This document shows, piece by piece, positions 18,309 through 26,899 of a stretch of DNA of 64,000 bases. The number at the start of each line of letters is the position of its first letter. Within the stretch, counting starts at the first letter, position 1. Made by a program: the position numbers and the translations under genes. Location: positions 120,187 through 184,186 of the forward strand of contig CAZPQM010000003.1 of the NCBI GenBank assembly GCA_964588995.1. The letters run 5' to 3'. The notes under the pieces are model-generated. The model did not search any database. It saw only the letters and a list, made by a program, of their open reading frames with translations, and was not told the origin of the DNA. This DNA comes from an uncultured Rickettsiales bacterium. GTDB taxonomy: Bacteria > Pseudomonadota > Alphaproteobacteria > Rickettsiales > UBA8987.

Positions 18309-18553
18309 AGCGGGTTTTGCATACTTGCAAGTATATCCTTACGAATTTGTTCGGGTGTTCTTTTACTCACACCACTCTGCTCTGCCTGCTCCAGAATATT
18401 GCGGATGCGGAGAATTTCCTGCTCCTCGCGTTGCCTCGCATGGCGGATCAGCTCGTTAATAATTTCGCTTTTGCTGCGATATTCTTTGCTGTCCAGTTGT
18501 GCCTTGAGCCAGTCATCATTCGGTTCGGTGAGTGAAATACTTTGACGGGTCAT
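18305..18553 (-). CDS. parD: ParD-family type II antitoxin
   Basis: MTRQSISLTEPNDDWLKAQLDSKEYRSKSEIINELIRHARQRE. ATG 18553 is preceded by AAGGAGG at 5-nt spacing. The stop overlaps the parE start. Confidence 0.75.
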   Translation of the reverse strand: MTRQSISLTEPNDDWLKAQLDSKEYRSKSEIINELIRHARQREEQEILRIRNILEQAEQSGVSKRTPEQIRKDILASMQNPL

Positions 18554-18573
18554 AATAGCCTCCTTATGGTGCA

Positions 18574-18579
18574 ATTATA
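18574..18579 (-). promoter_or_regulatory. perfect TATAAT -10 hexamer upstream of parD
   Basis: The minus strand reads ggtgTATAATtgcaccatAAGGAGGctattATG. The hexamer is embedded in a short palindrome, tggtg-N8-cacca. Confidence 0.3.
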
Positions 18580-18674
18580 CACCAAAAATGCATCATTTTG
18601 CCAGCCGATTTTTGCATTACGTTCTTGCGTCTGCAGGTAAGTCGCGCCATGATACAAGAAAAATGGAGTGTGCC

Positions 18675-19349
18675 ATGACCAAAGTAGCAGTGGTTTTATC
18701 AGGATGTGGATATTTAGACGGAGCGGAAGTGCGGGAAGCCGTGCTCGCGCTGCTGGCGCTGGATAAAGCGGGCGCCGAGGTGAGCATATTTGCGCCTGAT
18801 ATTGATCAACACCATGTCGTGAATCATCTGACCGGTGAAGAAACCAAAGAAACGCGGAACGTGTTGGTAGAGTCGGCACGGATTGCGCGCGGAGACGTTA
18901 AGCCCTTATCGGAAGCCAAGGAAGAGGCGTTTGATGCGCTTGTGCTGCCAGGTGGCTTTGGCGTAGCGAAGAATTTATCGGATATTGCCTTTAAGGGACC
19001 GGAAGGCGAGGTTATGCCCGAATTTGCGCAGCTGATTCAGGCTTTTTACCGTGCCGGAAAGCCGATTGGGGCGATTTGTATTGCTCCGGCAGCGCTGGTT
19101 AAAGCCCTTGCAGGTGAAACTAAAGCGCATGTGACAATCGGGGAAGATGCAGACGGCCTGATCGCCGGCCTTGGTGGTGAACATCAGGATTGTGCGACGC
19201 GCGGCATGGTGATTGATGATACCAACCATCTGGTATCCTGCTCGGCCTATATGCGCGATGATGCGCCGCTCGCGGATGTGGCATCCGGGATTTTTAACGT
19301 GGTAGAAGCAGTGCTGAACCAAGCTGAAGCACAGAAAAAAGCGGCGTAA
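18675..19349 (+). CDS. elbB: isoprenoid biosynthesis glyoxalase ElbB (DJ-1/PfpI superfamily)
   Basis: MTKVAVVLSGCGYLDGAEVREAVLALLALDKAGAEV..FAPD...VNHLTGE...NVL.E.ARIARG is collinear with E. coli ElbB. ATG 18675 lies within ORF 18588..19349. Confidence 0.85.
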   Translation: MTKVAVVLSGCGYLDGAEVREAVLALLALDKAGAEVSIFAPDIDQHHVVNHLTGEETKETRNVLVESARIARGDVKPLSEAKEEAFDALVLPGGFGVAKNLSDIAFKGPEGEVMPEFAQLIQAFYRAGKPIGAICIAPAALVKALAGETKAHVTIGEDADGLIAGLGGEHQDCATRGMVIDDTNHLVSCSAYMRDDAPLADVASGIFNVVEAVLNQAEAQKKAA

Positions 19350-19769
19350 CTATTCCGTCAATTCAGCGCGTTTTTCGTCAGCTTCGTGGTCTTCCTGAGC
19401 CTGTACGGTCATGGTGGCGATTGGGCGCGCTTCAAGGCGCTTGATACCAATTGGCTCGCCGGTGACTTCGCAATAGCCGAATTCACCCTCGTCAATACGG
19501 CGGATCGCGGCATCGATCTTATTGATCAGCTTGCGGTAACGGTCGCGTGTGCGAAGCTCGAGACTCGTATCGGTTTCCACGGTAGCGCGGTCAGCAATAT
19601 CGGCTTCCTGAAAATTCTCTTCCTTGAGGTGAGAGAGCGTCGAATTGGATTCCTGTAATAACTCCTCTTTCCAGTCTTCCAGTTTTTTGCGGAAATAGGC
19701 GAGCTGTTTCTCATTCATGTATTTTTCTTTTTCGCTCGGCTTGTACTTAGGATCGAGTTTTGCTGTCAT
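19350..19769 (-). CDS. dksA: RNA polymerase-binding transcription factor DksA
   Basis: 139 aa. Coiled-coil N-terminal part with DxxDxA-type tip (ADIADRAT) and C-terminal GYCEVTGEPIGIKRLEARP zinc-finger-like region. Confidence 0.9.
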   Translation of the reverse strand: MTAKLDPKYKPSEKEKYMNEKQLAYFRKKLEDWKEELLQESNSTLSHLKEENFQEADIADRATVETDTSLELRTRDRYRKLINKIDAAIRRIDEGEFGYCEVTGEPIGIKRLEARPIATMTVQAQEDHEADEKRAELTE

Positions 19770-19845
19770 CGCACGATGCTCCTTTGTTCAGAACGTTTAA
19801 GCGGGCAAGGTTATGTCGAATTTGTGTATAAAAAGCAAGTCTTAT

Positions 19846-20277
19846 TTATAAGGCTCCGGCCTTTTCCAGCTTAGCGATTTCAACTTCTGCGCGGAGTTCA
19901 ATGTCCTGAAGGATGCTTTCCAGAGCGGCATCATGCGTTTCTTCCTGCTCTTCACGCACCGTTTCAACCAATTGCTTAGCGGTTTCGGGCGCGATATTTC
20001 CATCCAGCATTTCAATCCGCAGTTGCTCCAGATCATCCAGTAAGGTGCGGCCATGCCTGACGCGCGCCTGAATATCTCCCTGCGAGGTCACGGGCGGAAC
20101 ATCATTGATGGCCAGTAATCCTCCAAGCTGTACGGCTGGGGCGCTCGCCTGTGTACTGTCGACGTTACCGCTATCGCCGCTATCAATCAGAGATGAAAAA
20201 TCGCCTGACGCCTCGGTTTTACGAGGCTTCTTAGACGAACCCGGACCTTTTGGCCCTCCGATATCGGATATACGCAT
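19846..20277 (-). CDS. fliX: flagellar assembly regulator FliX
   Basis: 143 aa from MRISDIGGPKGPGSSKK. The C-terminal LESILQDIELRAEVEIAKLEKAG matches the conserved FliX C-terminus. Divergent from flgI as in Caulobacter. Confidence 0.7.
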   Translation of the reverse strand: MRISDIGGPKGPGSSKKPRKTEASGDFSSLIDSGDSGNVDSTQASAPAVQLGGLLAINDVPPVTSQGDIQARVRHGRTLLDDLEQLRIEMLDGNIAPETAKQLVETVREEQEETHDAALESILQDIELRAEVEIAKLEKAGAL

Positions 20278-20435
20278 GATTGCACCATAGCAGAAATTCA
20301 TAATACCGGCAAATAGTTAGCGTAAGAAGCCTGTAGCCTAGGAAAAACTTGCCTGTCAACGGCGGAAAGAGCCTGCCACCCGATCAAATTAATCGTAATA
20401 GGCTGAAAAACAATATTATTTCCAGTGGTGATAAT

Positions 20436-20451
20436 TGGCACGTTCCTTGCA
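20436..20451 (+). promoter_or_regulatory. sigma-54 (-24/-12) promoter of the flgI operon
   Basis: TGGCAC-gttcc-TTGCA is a perfect match to TGGCAC-N5-TTGCW. It ends 38 nt upstream of the flgI ATG. Confidence 0.7.
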
Positions 20452-20488
20452 TGTAATGTAGGTGGAAAGGGAATATTGAGAGGGTATT

Positions 20489-21667
20489 ATGAATAAATTA
20501 CGCACGGGAAAATTATTTCTCACCTGCTTATTAAGCCCAAAGGGCATGCAATTACTGGGCTATATTGCGCTATTGTTGAGCAGCATATTAGTTATTTTCG
20601 CGATGATGGTTTCAAGCGGCCACGCAAGCTCGCGCATTAAGGATATTGTTACCTTTGAAGGGATTCGCGACAACATCCTGATCGGCTACGGGCTGGTGGT
20701 CGGGCTGGACGGTACCGGTGACCGGTTGCAGAACTCCCCATTTACCGAGAAAAGCTTGGAAGCGTTTTTGAGCCGGCTGGGTGTAAACACCATGGATATG
20801 AACCTGAATGCACGAAATGTGGCGGCGGTGACGGTGACCGGTACATTGCCGCCCTTTTCCCGCTCAGGTAGCCGGATCGACGTCACGGTGAGTACGCTCG
20901 GCGATGCACGAAGCCTGTCCGGTGGTACGCTGGTAGCCACCCCGCTGATGGGGCCGGATGGCAATTTATATGCAGTCGCGCAGGGTGCGGTAGCGATTGG
21001 CGGTTTCAAGGCGCTGGGTGATTCGGGCAGTACGGTGCAAGAGGGGGTTACCACTTCTGGCTACATCTCCAACGGTGCGATTGTTGAGCGTGAAATCGAT
21101 TTTGATCTGGATTCACTGGATACGGTGAATCTGGCGTTACGCAACCCTGATGTATCTACCGCTAAGCAGATCGCACAGGCGATCAATCAGGAAATGAATA
21201 TGGGGCTCGCTAAGGCACTGGATTCCGGCACGGTACAAATGGAAGTGCCTGAGCAGTACGAGGATCAGGTCGCCATGCTCATCGCCGAGATTGAACAATT
21301 GCAGATCATCCCCGATCAGCCTGCACGCATCCTCATTGATGAAGCGAGCGGCACTATCGTCATGAATGAAAATGTACGTATTGATACAGTTGCAATTGCA
21401 CAGGGCAATCTGCTGATTCAAATCGCGGAAGGGTTTGATGTGAACCAGCCGAATGTGCTCGCTGACGGGCAGACCGTGGTAACGCCCGCTACGGCGGTGG
21501 GCGTGACGGAGCGAGGTATGCAGATGGCCGTGTTGGAAGAAGCGGGTAATCTGAACGAGCTGGTAGACGGGTTAAACACGCTTGGGGTCTCTCCGCGCGA
21601 CTTAATCACGATTTTACAGTCGATTAAGGCCGCGGGTGCGCTGCAGGCCGATATTGAGATGAGGTAA
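20489..21667 (+). CDS. flgI: flagellar P-ring protein
   Basis: 392 aa. Signal sequence followed by RIKDIVTFEGIRDNILIGYGLVVGLDGTGD and C-terminal LITILQSIKAAGALQADIE. Confidence 0.95.
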   Translation: MNKLRTGKLFLTCLLSPKGMQLLGYIALLLSSILVIFAMMVSSGHASSRIKDIVTFEGIRDNILIGYGLVVGLDGTGDRLQNSPFTEKSLEAFLSRLGVNTMDMNLNARNVAAVTVTGTLPPFSRSGSRIDVTVSTLGDARSLSGGTLVATPLMGPDGNLYAVAQGAVAIGGFKALGDSGSTVQEGVTTSGYISNGAIVEREIDFDLDSLDTVNLALRNPDVSTAKQIAQAINQEMNMGLAKALDSGTVQMEVPEQYEDQVAMLIAEIEQLQIIPDQPARILIDEASGTIVMNENVRIDTVAIAQGNLLIQIAEGFDVNQPNVLADGQTVVTPATAVGVTERGMQMAVLEEAGNLNELVDGLNTLGVSPRDLITILQSIKAAGALQADIEMR

Positions 21668-21672
21668 TCTAG

Positions 21673-22023
21673 ATGACGGATATATTTACCAAAGGTATCG
21701 GCACGTTTACCCGCGAACAGGCAGCTTCCGCAAATACGCAGCAAACATTGCAAAAGCTGCAGGCGATGCAAAATCAGCGTTCGGAGGCTGAGGTCAGGGA
21801 GATAACGCAAGAGTTTGAGGCCATATTTATCTCGCAGATGCTGCGCAATATGTATGGCGGCATTGAAGTAGACCCTGTTTTTGGTGGCGGTTATGCCGAA
21901 GAAGTGTTCCGCGATGTATTGCTGGATGAATATGGTCGTGTGATGGCCAAATCCGGCGGTGTGGGTATTTCCGATATGGTGCAAAAAGAATTACTGCAAA
22001 TGCAGATGCAGGCAGGGAGGTAA
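21673..22023 (+). CDS. rod-binding protein (FlgJ N-terminal domain only; CheL-like)
   Basis: 116 aa. EFEAIFISQMLRNMYGG...GGGYAEEVFRDVLLDEYGRVMAKSGGVGISD is a Rod_binding domain. No muramidase domain. Confidence 0.8.
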   Translation: MTDIFTKGIGTFTREQAASANTQQTLQKLQAMQNQRSEAEVREITQEFEAIFISQMLRNMYGGIEVDPVFGGGYAEEVFRDVLLDEYGRVMAKSGGVGISDMVQKELLQMQMQAGR

Positions 22024-22025
22024 TT

Positions 22026-22541
22026 ATGCCGATATATCATAATGATGTCGTGTCACTGACCGAAGAAGATCCCAAAAAGGCAACGATCAGCGCCGAGGAC
22101 GGGCTTTCGTTCAAAGACATTATACAGGAAGTGGTAGCCTTGAAGTCCTTGCTCCAAACGGAAAACGAGCTGTTGAAAAAGCGCCAGTATGAGGCGGTGA
22201 AAGGACTCCAGGATCGCAAAAATCAACTGATCCGCAAGCTGGAAATCCGCAAGGAGCTGCTCAAGCGCGGAGTAGGTTACGGCCGCTCGCTCAGCGAGGC
22301 GGAGAAAAAGGCGTTTCAGCAGGCGAATGACGGACTGAATACGTTGCTGACAGAAAATTACAACGAGGCGCTGATCGCCAAGGAAATTAACCGTAAAGTG
22401 GTGGATGCGGTAGTGCGTGCGGTGAAACAGCATGAAAACGCAGTCGGTGGGTACAACGCAGGTGGGTATAACATGAATAGCACCACGGGGCGCAATGTCT
22501 ATAAAGATACGACCTCGCTTGCAGTGAACGAGTCGATTTAG
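22026..22541 (+). CDS. putative FlgN-like flagellar export chaperone
   Basis: 171 aa, helical. Sits between flgJ-like and flgK. LLQTENELLKKRQYEAVKGLQDRKNQLIRKLE resembles FlgN. The call rests on context and weak similarity only. Confidence 0.4.
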   Translation: MPIYHNDVVSLTEEDPKKATISAEDGLSFKDIIQEVVALKSLLQTENELLKKRQYEAVKGLQDRKNQLIRKLEIRKELLKRGVGYGRSLSEAEKKAFQQANDGLNTLLTENYNEALIAKEINRKVVDAVVRAVKQHENAVGGYNAGGYNMNSTTGRNVYKDTTSLAVNESI

Positions 22542-22562
22542 CGGGGTAGAGCAGGAGGGTAT

Positions 22563-25382
22563 ATGTCACTTAATTTAGCACTCGACAGCGCGGTCAGTTC
22601 GCTAAGGGCGAATCAGGAATCAATTAATGTCCTGACACAGAATATCGCTAATGCGAATTCGGAAAACTATACGCGGCAAGTAGCGCAACGACAGGCGTTG
22701 GTAACGGCAGGAATTGCATCAGGTGTTCAGATTTCCGAAGTAAGCCGGCAAGTCGATGAGTTTCTCCTGCAAACGGCGCGTAAGCAGGTTTCGATTGTTT
22801 CCTCTGCAGAAAAGAAGACCGAAATCTATGATCAGCTGGAGCTGTTCTTTGGTGATCCTGCGAGCGGCAACAGCTTTAACACCTATGTAGATGGTTTTTT
22901 TGGCGCCATTACAGAGCTTTCCAACAATGCCGATCAGGTGCAGTTGCGTGGTAATGTGCTGGAGCAGGCGGAACGGCTTACGACCTATACCGCAAGTCTT
23001 GCGAATAATCTGGAAGAACTGCGCTTTGATGTGGATCGTGAAATCAAGCAGGAAATTGATGGGTTAAACAACCTCATTCTTGAACTCGATCAGGTCAATG
23101 AAGCGATTCTGGAAAACCGGCGCAACAATACGAACCTGAATGCGAATTTTGATGAACGCGACCGGATTCTGGATGAGATTGTGCAGATTGTGGATGTGCG
23201 GATTAATATCGACTCCAACGGTGCGGCCAATGTTTTTTTCAATCAAGGTGAATTGATTAATGCGACCGAGCCGTTTTTTGTAGAATATATTCCGGCCGTT
23301 TCTAAGCAGGTTTTTATCGATAGCGAACGGATCGACGCGATTGAGGTGCGGGGCTATAAACGCGATGGCTCGGTTGACATGGATCGTGCGCCGGTTACCT
23401 ATGTGTCTGCCAGCAATGATGCTAATCAGGTAAATGGTATTAATGCCGGGCGGATTGCGGCGCTAATGGAAATGCGCGATACGGATATTCCGAAAATACT
23501 GGATCAGTTAGATGAATTTGCGGAGAACCTGCAAAACGCCTTCAATGCGATTCACAATGACGGGGTTGGTTATCCCCCAGCCAACCAGCTGACGGGTACC
23601 AAACTGATTGACCCGAATGACATCTATGATTTAAGCGGTGAGTGGCGTCTGACCGTGCTGAACGAAGACGGTAGCCCGGTCGATGATCCCTATCCTACCG
23701 GAGACGCGCTGAATCCGTTAACCCTGAACCTGGATACGCTGGTCAGTACCGCCAACGGCCCGGGACAGGTCACGATGGATACCATCATTAAGGAAATCAA
23801 TAACTACTTTGGCCCGCCTGTGCCGAAGGCCTCAGTTGGTCCGCTGGATGATATCAAGCTCGCGTCGGTGAATGATACGGTGAATATATCTGCTGCAACT
23901 TCGACTATGACGGTAACGGGCATTCCGACCCCGGGCGATCAGATTACACTGGATGATGGCATTAATCCGCCGCTGACCTTTACGTTTGCGAACGCACCTG
24001 CCGGGCCGGGGCAAATTGAAATTAAGCAGACGTTCTCGGAGCAGGCGCAGGAAATTGCCAAGGTGTTGAATCAGCAGAGCAGCCCACCCACTAACATTCC
24101 GACCTATGAGGTCTCTGGCCTGACCATCGTGGCGACAGCGCGCACGTCCGGCTCAAATGCTAACGGTTCATTAAACATTATTACGGGTGCGGCGCCTACC
24201 GTTGCAGGAGGCGGATTGCTGGCTGGTGGTGCTGATGCAACTGGCCAGATCACGCTCGATATAGAGGCGACTAATATCGGTAAGTTCGATAATGTACGGC
24301 TGGAAATTCAGCCATCGCCGCCTTCTGCCGGGGTAACGACCAGCCTTCCAGCACCAGGGAATGTACCGGATCCGCTGTCAAGTTTTACCCAGTTTAATCT
24401 GGACGCTGGAGTGCGGGCGCGCTCAAGCGATAGCAGCGGCGGTAATAATTTTGTCTTTAACCTCCCTGCGGGAGCGAACCTGCAAGAAGGAGACCGGTTT
24501 GATATAGTTGTACCTGTGCTGGTTACTGAAGTCGATAATACGCAGTTCCCGGCGGTTACCACCACCTATCAGGATACGATTCGGTACGAATATATCGTGC
24601 CCGGGGACGGAGAAGACGTTCGCAATGAACGCTATCGGGCGTTAAGTGCGAGCACGGATAATTACTTTCAGAACGATACAAACGAGCCCTATATCCGTGC
24701 TGAACTGGTGGATAGCGAAGGCAGGGTTGTTGCAGATGGGGAGCCCGGCTATTTGCGATTGACAGCCAGCCGCGCGCGTACAGGCATTGCTATTGCAGAG
24801 TTGAACAGCAGCGAGAATGGGAATTTGACGCAGGATGTAGACGCAACGAGTCGGGGACTTTCTCATTTCCTTGGCCTCAACGACTTTTTCATCAGCGATG
24901 AGGGAAAGAAGAATTCAGCGATCTCGTTGGATGTGCGTGATGACTACCTCAACAATACCAACAAATTGTCGTTAGGTGCGCTCAGCCGGTCCAAGCAGCC
25001 TTCGGACCCGGATGCAAACCCGCTTTATACTTATGAAGTCGGGCGTGGAAGTGATCAGACGGCGCAACGGCTGAATGATTTACAGCGTGACCTGGTCAAT
25101 TTTGATGCAGCAGGTGATATTCCGGCACTGACGACGACCTTCAGCTCATATACGGCGGAAATTACCAGCTTTACGGCAAGGCGGGTCAATCTGGCTACTG
25201 CTACCTTCTCGCAGGAGTCGGCCTTGGGAGATGCGTTCATCAAACGTATTGAGGCGGTAGGAGGCGTAAATATTGACGAAGAACTCGCCAATACCGTGTT
25301 ATTTCAAAATAACTATCAGGCATCAGCGCGGCTCATCACAGTTGTAGACGAGCTATTTGCCGCATTGATTGATGCGTTTTAG
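22563..25382 (+). CDS. flgK: flagellar hook-associated protein 1 (long form)
   Basis: N-terminus MSLNLALDSAVSSLRANQESINVLTQNIANANSENYTRQ and C-terminus IDEELANTVLFQNNYQASARLITVVDELFAALI are canonical FlgK. The central variable region of about 600 aa gives 939 aa in total. Confidence 0.92.
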   Translation: MSLNLALDSAVSSLRANQESINVLTQNIANANSENYTRQVAQRQALVTAGIASGVQISEVSRQVDEFLLQTARKQVSIVSSAEKKTEIYDQLELFFGDPASGNSFNTYVDGFFGAITELSNNADQVQLRGNVLEQAERLTTYTASLANNLEELRFDVDREIKQEIDGLNNLILELDQVNEAILENRRNNTNLNANFDERDRILDEIVQIVDVRINIDSNGAANVFFNQGELINATEPFFVEYIPAVSKQVFIDSERIDAIEVRGYKRDGSVDMDRAPVTYVSASNDANQVNGINAGRIAALMEMRDTDIPKILDQLDEFAENLQNAFNAIHNDGVGYPPANQLTGTKLIDPNDIYDLSGEWRLTVLNEDGSPVDDPYPTGDALNPLTLNLDTLVSTANGPGQVTMDTIIKEINNYFGPPVPKASVGPLDDIKLASVNDTVNISAATSTMTVTGIPTPGDQITLDDGINPPLTFTFANAPAGPGQIEIKQTFSEQAQEIAKVLNQQSSPPTNIPTYEVSGLTIVATARTSGSNANGSLNIITGAAPTVAGGGLLAGGADATGQITLDIEATNIGKFDNVRLEIQPSPPSAGVTTSLPAPGNVPDPLSSFTQFNLDAGVRARSSDSSGGNNFVFNLPAGANLQEGDRFDIVVPVLVTEVDNTQFPAVTTTYQDTIRYEYIVPGDGEDVRNERYRALSASTDNYFQNDTNEPYIRAELVDSEGRVVADGEPGYLRLTASRARTGIAIAELNSSENGNLTQDVDATSRGLSHFLGLNDFFISDEGKKNSAISLDVRDDYLNNTNKLSLGALSRSKQPSDPDANPLYTYEVGRGSDQTAQRLNDLQRDLVNFDAAGDIPALTTTFSSYTAEITSFTARRVNLATATFSQESALGDAFIKRIEAVGGVNIDEELANTVLFQNNYQASARLITVVDELFAALIDAF

Positions 25383-25396
25383 AAAAGGGGGACATT

Positions 25397-26320
25397 ATGC
25401 TTACACGGGTTAGTACACAAGCGGTTTACACTACGGCAATCAGTGACATTAACGCGACACAGACGCGACTTGCCAAATTGCAGGAGCAGATTTCCAGCGG
25501 ACGCGATGCTTCGACATTTTCCGAGTTGGGAAGCCGTACGCTACGTACGCTCGATCTGGAAGAAGAAATCGCAGGAACAGAAAAATACGTTCGTAATAAC
25601 GACGTTATTGTTTCGCGCTTGCGCCAGCAGGATATTAGCATCTCTCTGTTGGAAGATGTGGCGTCGGAGATTCGTTCACAAATTGCGCTCAAACGCTCAC
25701 CTTCCGGCAATGCGGTTGATTTAACGAATTTTGTGGACAACACGCTGGAGCGGATGAAGGATGCGCTCAATATCGAGCAGGCCGGGCGGTTTCTGTTCTC
25801 AGGTTCAAAAACCGAGCGTCCGCCTATTGCCGAAACAGGATTTGCTACCAGCAATCTGATCAATGAAGAGCCAACCGACAGTTATTATCAGGGTGATTAT
25901 GTGCGTTTTGGCGTTCAGGCCTCGGATAATCTCGAGATCGAATATGGCGTTACGGCGGGCGAGCCGGCTATTCAAAAGCTGATTGGTTCCTTGTTCTTTG
26001 TCAAAGAAGCGGAGACCTATGATAATTACAGTGATGATCAGGAAGCATTTCTCTTAAAAGCGCTGGATAATGTCAACCAGTCGATCCAGGAGCTGGCCGG
26101 AGTACGCAATAAGATAGGTAATGATATTGTTAGTCTGGAAGATACCAATGACACCCATGCGCGATTGAAGGAAGAACTGACAATCGTCTTGAATGACCTG
26201 ACGGGTACGGATGTCGTGGATGCGTCCATACAAATTTCATTGTCAGAATCCGTTTTACAGGCAACGCTGCAAACCTTTGCCCGCATCAGCGATTTAAAAT
26301 TGTCCGATTTCTTACGATAA
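25397..26320 (+). CDS. flgL: flagellar hook-associated protein 3
   Basis: 307 aa. MLTRVSTQAVYTTAISDINATQTRLAKLQEQISSG is a flagellin-type N-terminus. Follows flgK. Confidence 0.88.
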   Translation: MLTRVSTQAVYTTAISDINATQTRLAKLQEQISSGRDASTFSELGSRTLRTLDLEEEIAGTEKYVRNNDVIVSRLRQQDISISLLEDVASEIRSQIALKRSPSGNAVDLTNFVDNTLERMKDALNIEQAGRFLFSGSKTERPPIAETGFATSNLINEEPTDSYYQGDYVRFGVQASDNLEIEYGVTAGEPAIQKLIGSLFFVKEAETYDNYSDDQEAFLLKALDNVNQSIQELAGVRNKIGNDIVSLEDTNDTHARLKEELTIVLNDLTGTDVVDASIQISLSESVLQATLQTFARISDLKLSDFLR

Positions 26321-26359
26321 GCTTTTTTACAATTTGCTAACCAGGAGGGAGATGATACA

Positions 26360-26878
26360 ATGCATGTACAAACGCACGAGTTAGAGGAGGCAACCGCCCA
26401 ACCTATGAGTGAAAGCCCTGCAAAACTGGAAGACGAAAAAACAAAAGAGCTACGTATAGATAGCCGCTTTGGTGCTATAACAGTGGATTTGGAAAATGCA
26501 GTCTATTTCCCGCAAGGGTTGCTGGGGCTGAAAAATGACATTCACTTCGCCATTACGGATTTTCCACAAGGCATGGGGCAGTTTAAATTGCTGCAGTGCC
26601 TCAACGATCATGCAATGTCCTTTATTGTGCTGCCGCTCAATATCGATAATAAACTGATTGCGCGCAAAGATATGGAAGATGCCGCCCGGGTGCTGAATAT
26701 CGAGCTGAAGCATCTGGTGTGCCTGCTGATCGTATCCGTCAAGCGTACCCCGGAAGGGAGCGACATCACGGCGAATGTACGTGCCCCCGTTCTGATTGAT
26801 ACGAACGATAAGGCGGGTATTCAATATGTGTTCCCGCATAATAAATACGATATCCGCACGCCGCTCGGCAGTATTTAA
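26360..26878 (+). CDS. fliW: flagellar assembly factor FliW
   Basis: IDSRFGAITVDLENAVYFPQGLLGL...FKLLQ...FIVLP...ANVRAPVLID follows the FliW pattern. An alternative start at 26405 is possible. Confidence 0.8.
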   Translation: MHVQTHELEEATAQPMSESPAKLEDEKTKELRIDSRFGAITVDLENAVYFPQGLLGLKNDIHFAITDFPQGMGQFKLLQCLNDHAMSFIVLPLNIDNKLIARKDMEDAARVLNIELKHLVCLLIVSVKRTPEGSDITANVRAPVLIDTNDKAGIQYVFPHNKYDIRTPLGSI

Positions 26879-26899
26879 CCCGCACTTTACGGGGATTTC

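Noticed and set aside
20340-20375. Sigma-54-like sequence TGGCAGgctctTTCCGC on the minus strand facing fliX, plus a TTGACA hexamer nearby.
   Set aside because: The spacing puts CC, not GC, at the -12 position (GG-N10-GC is not satisfied). The TTGACA has no acceptable -10 partner at 16-18 nt.
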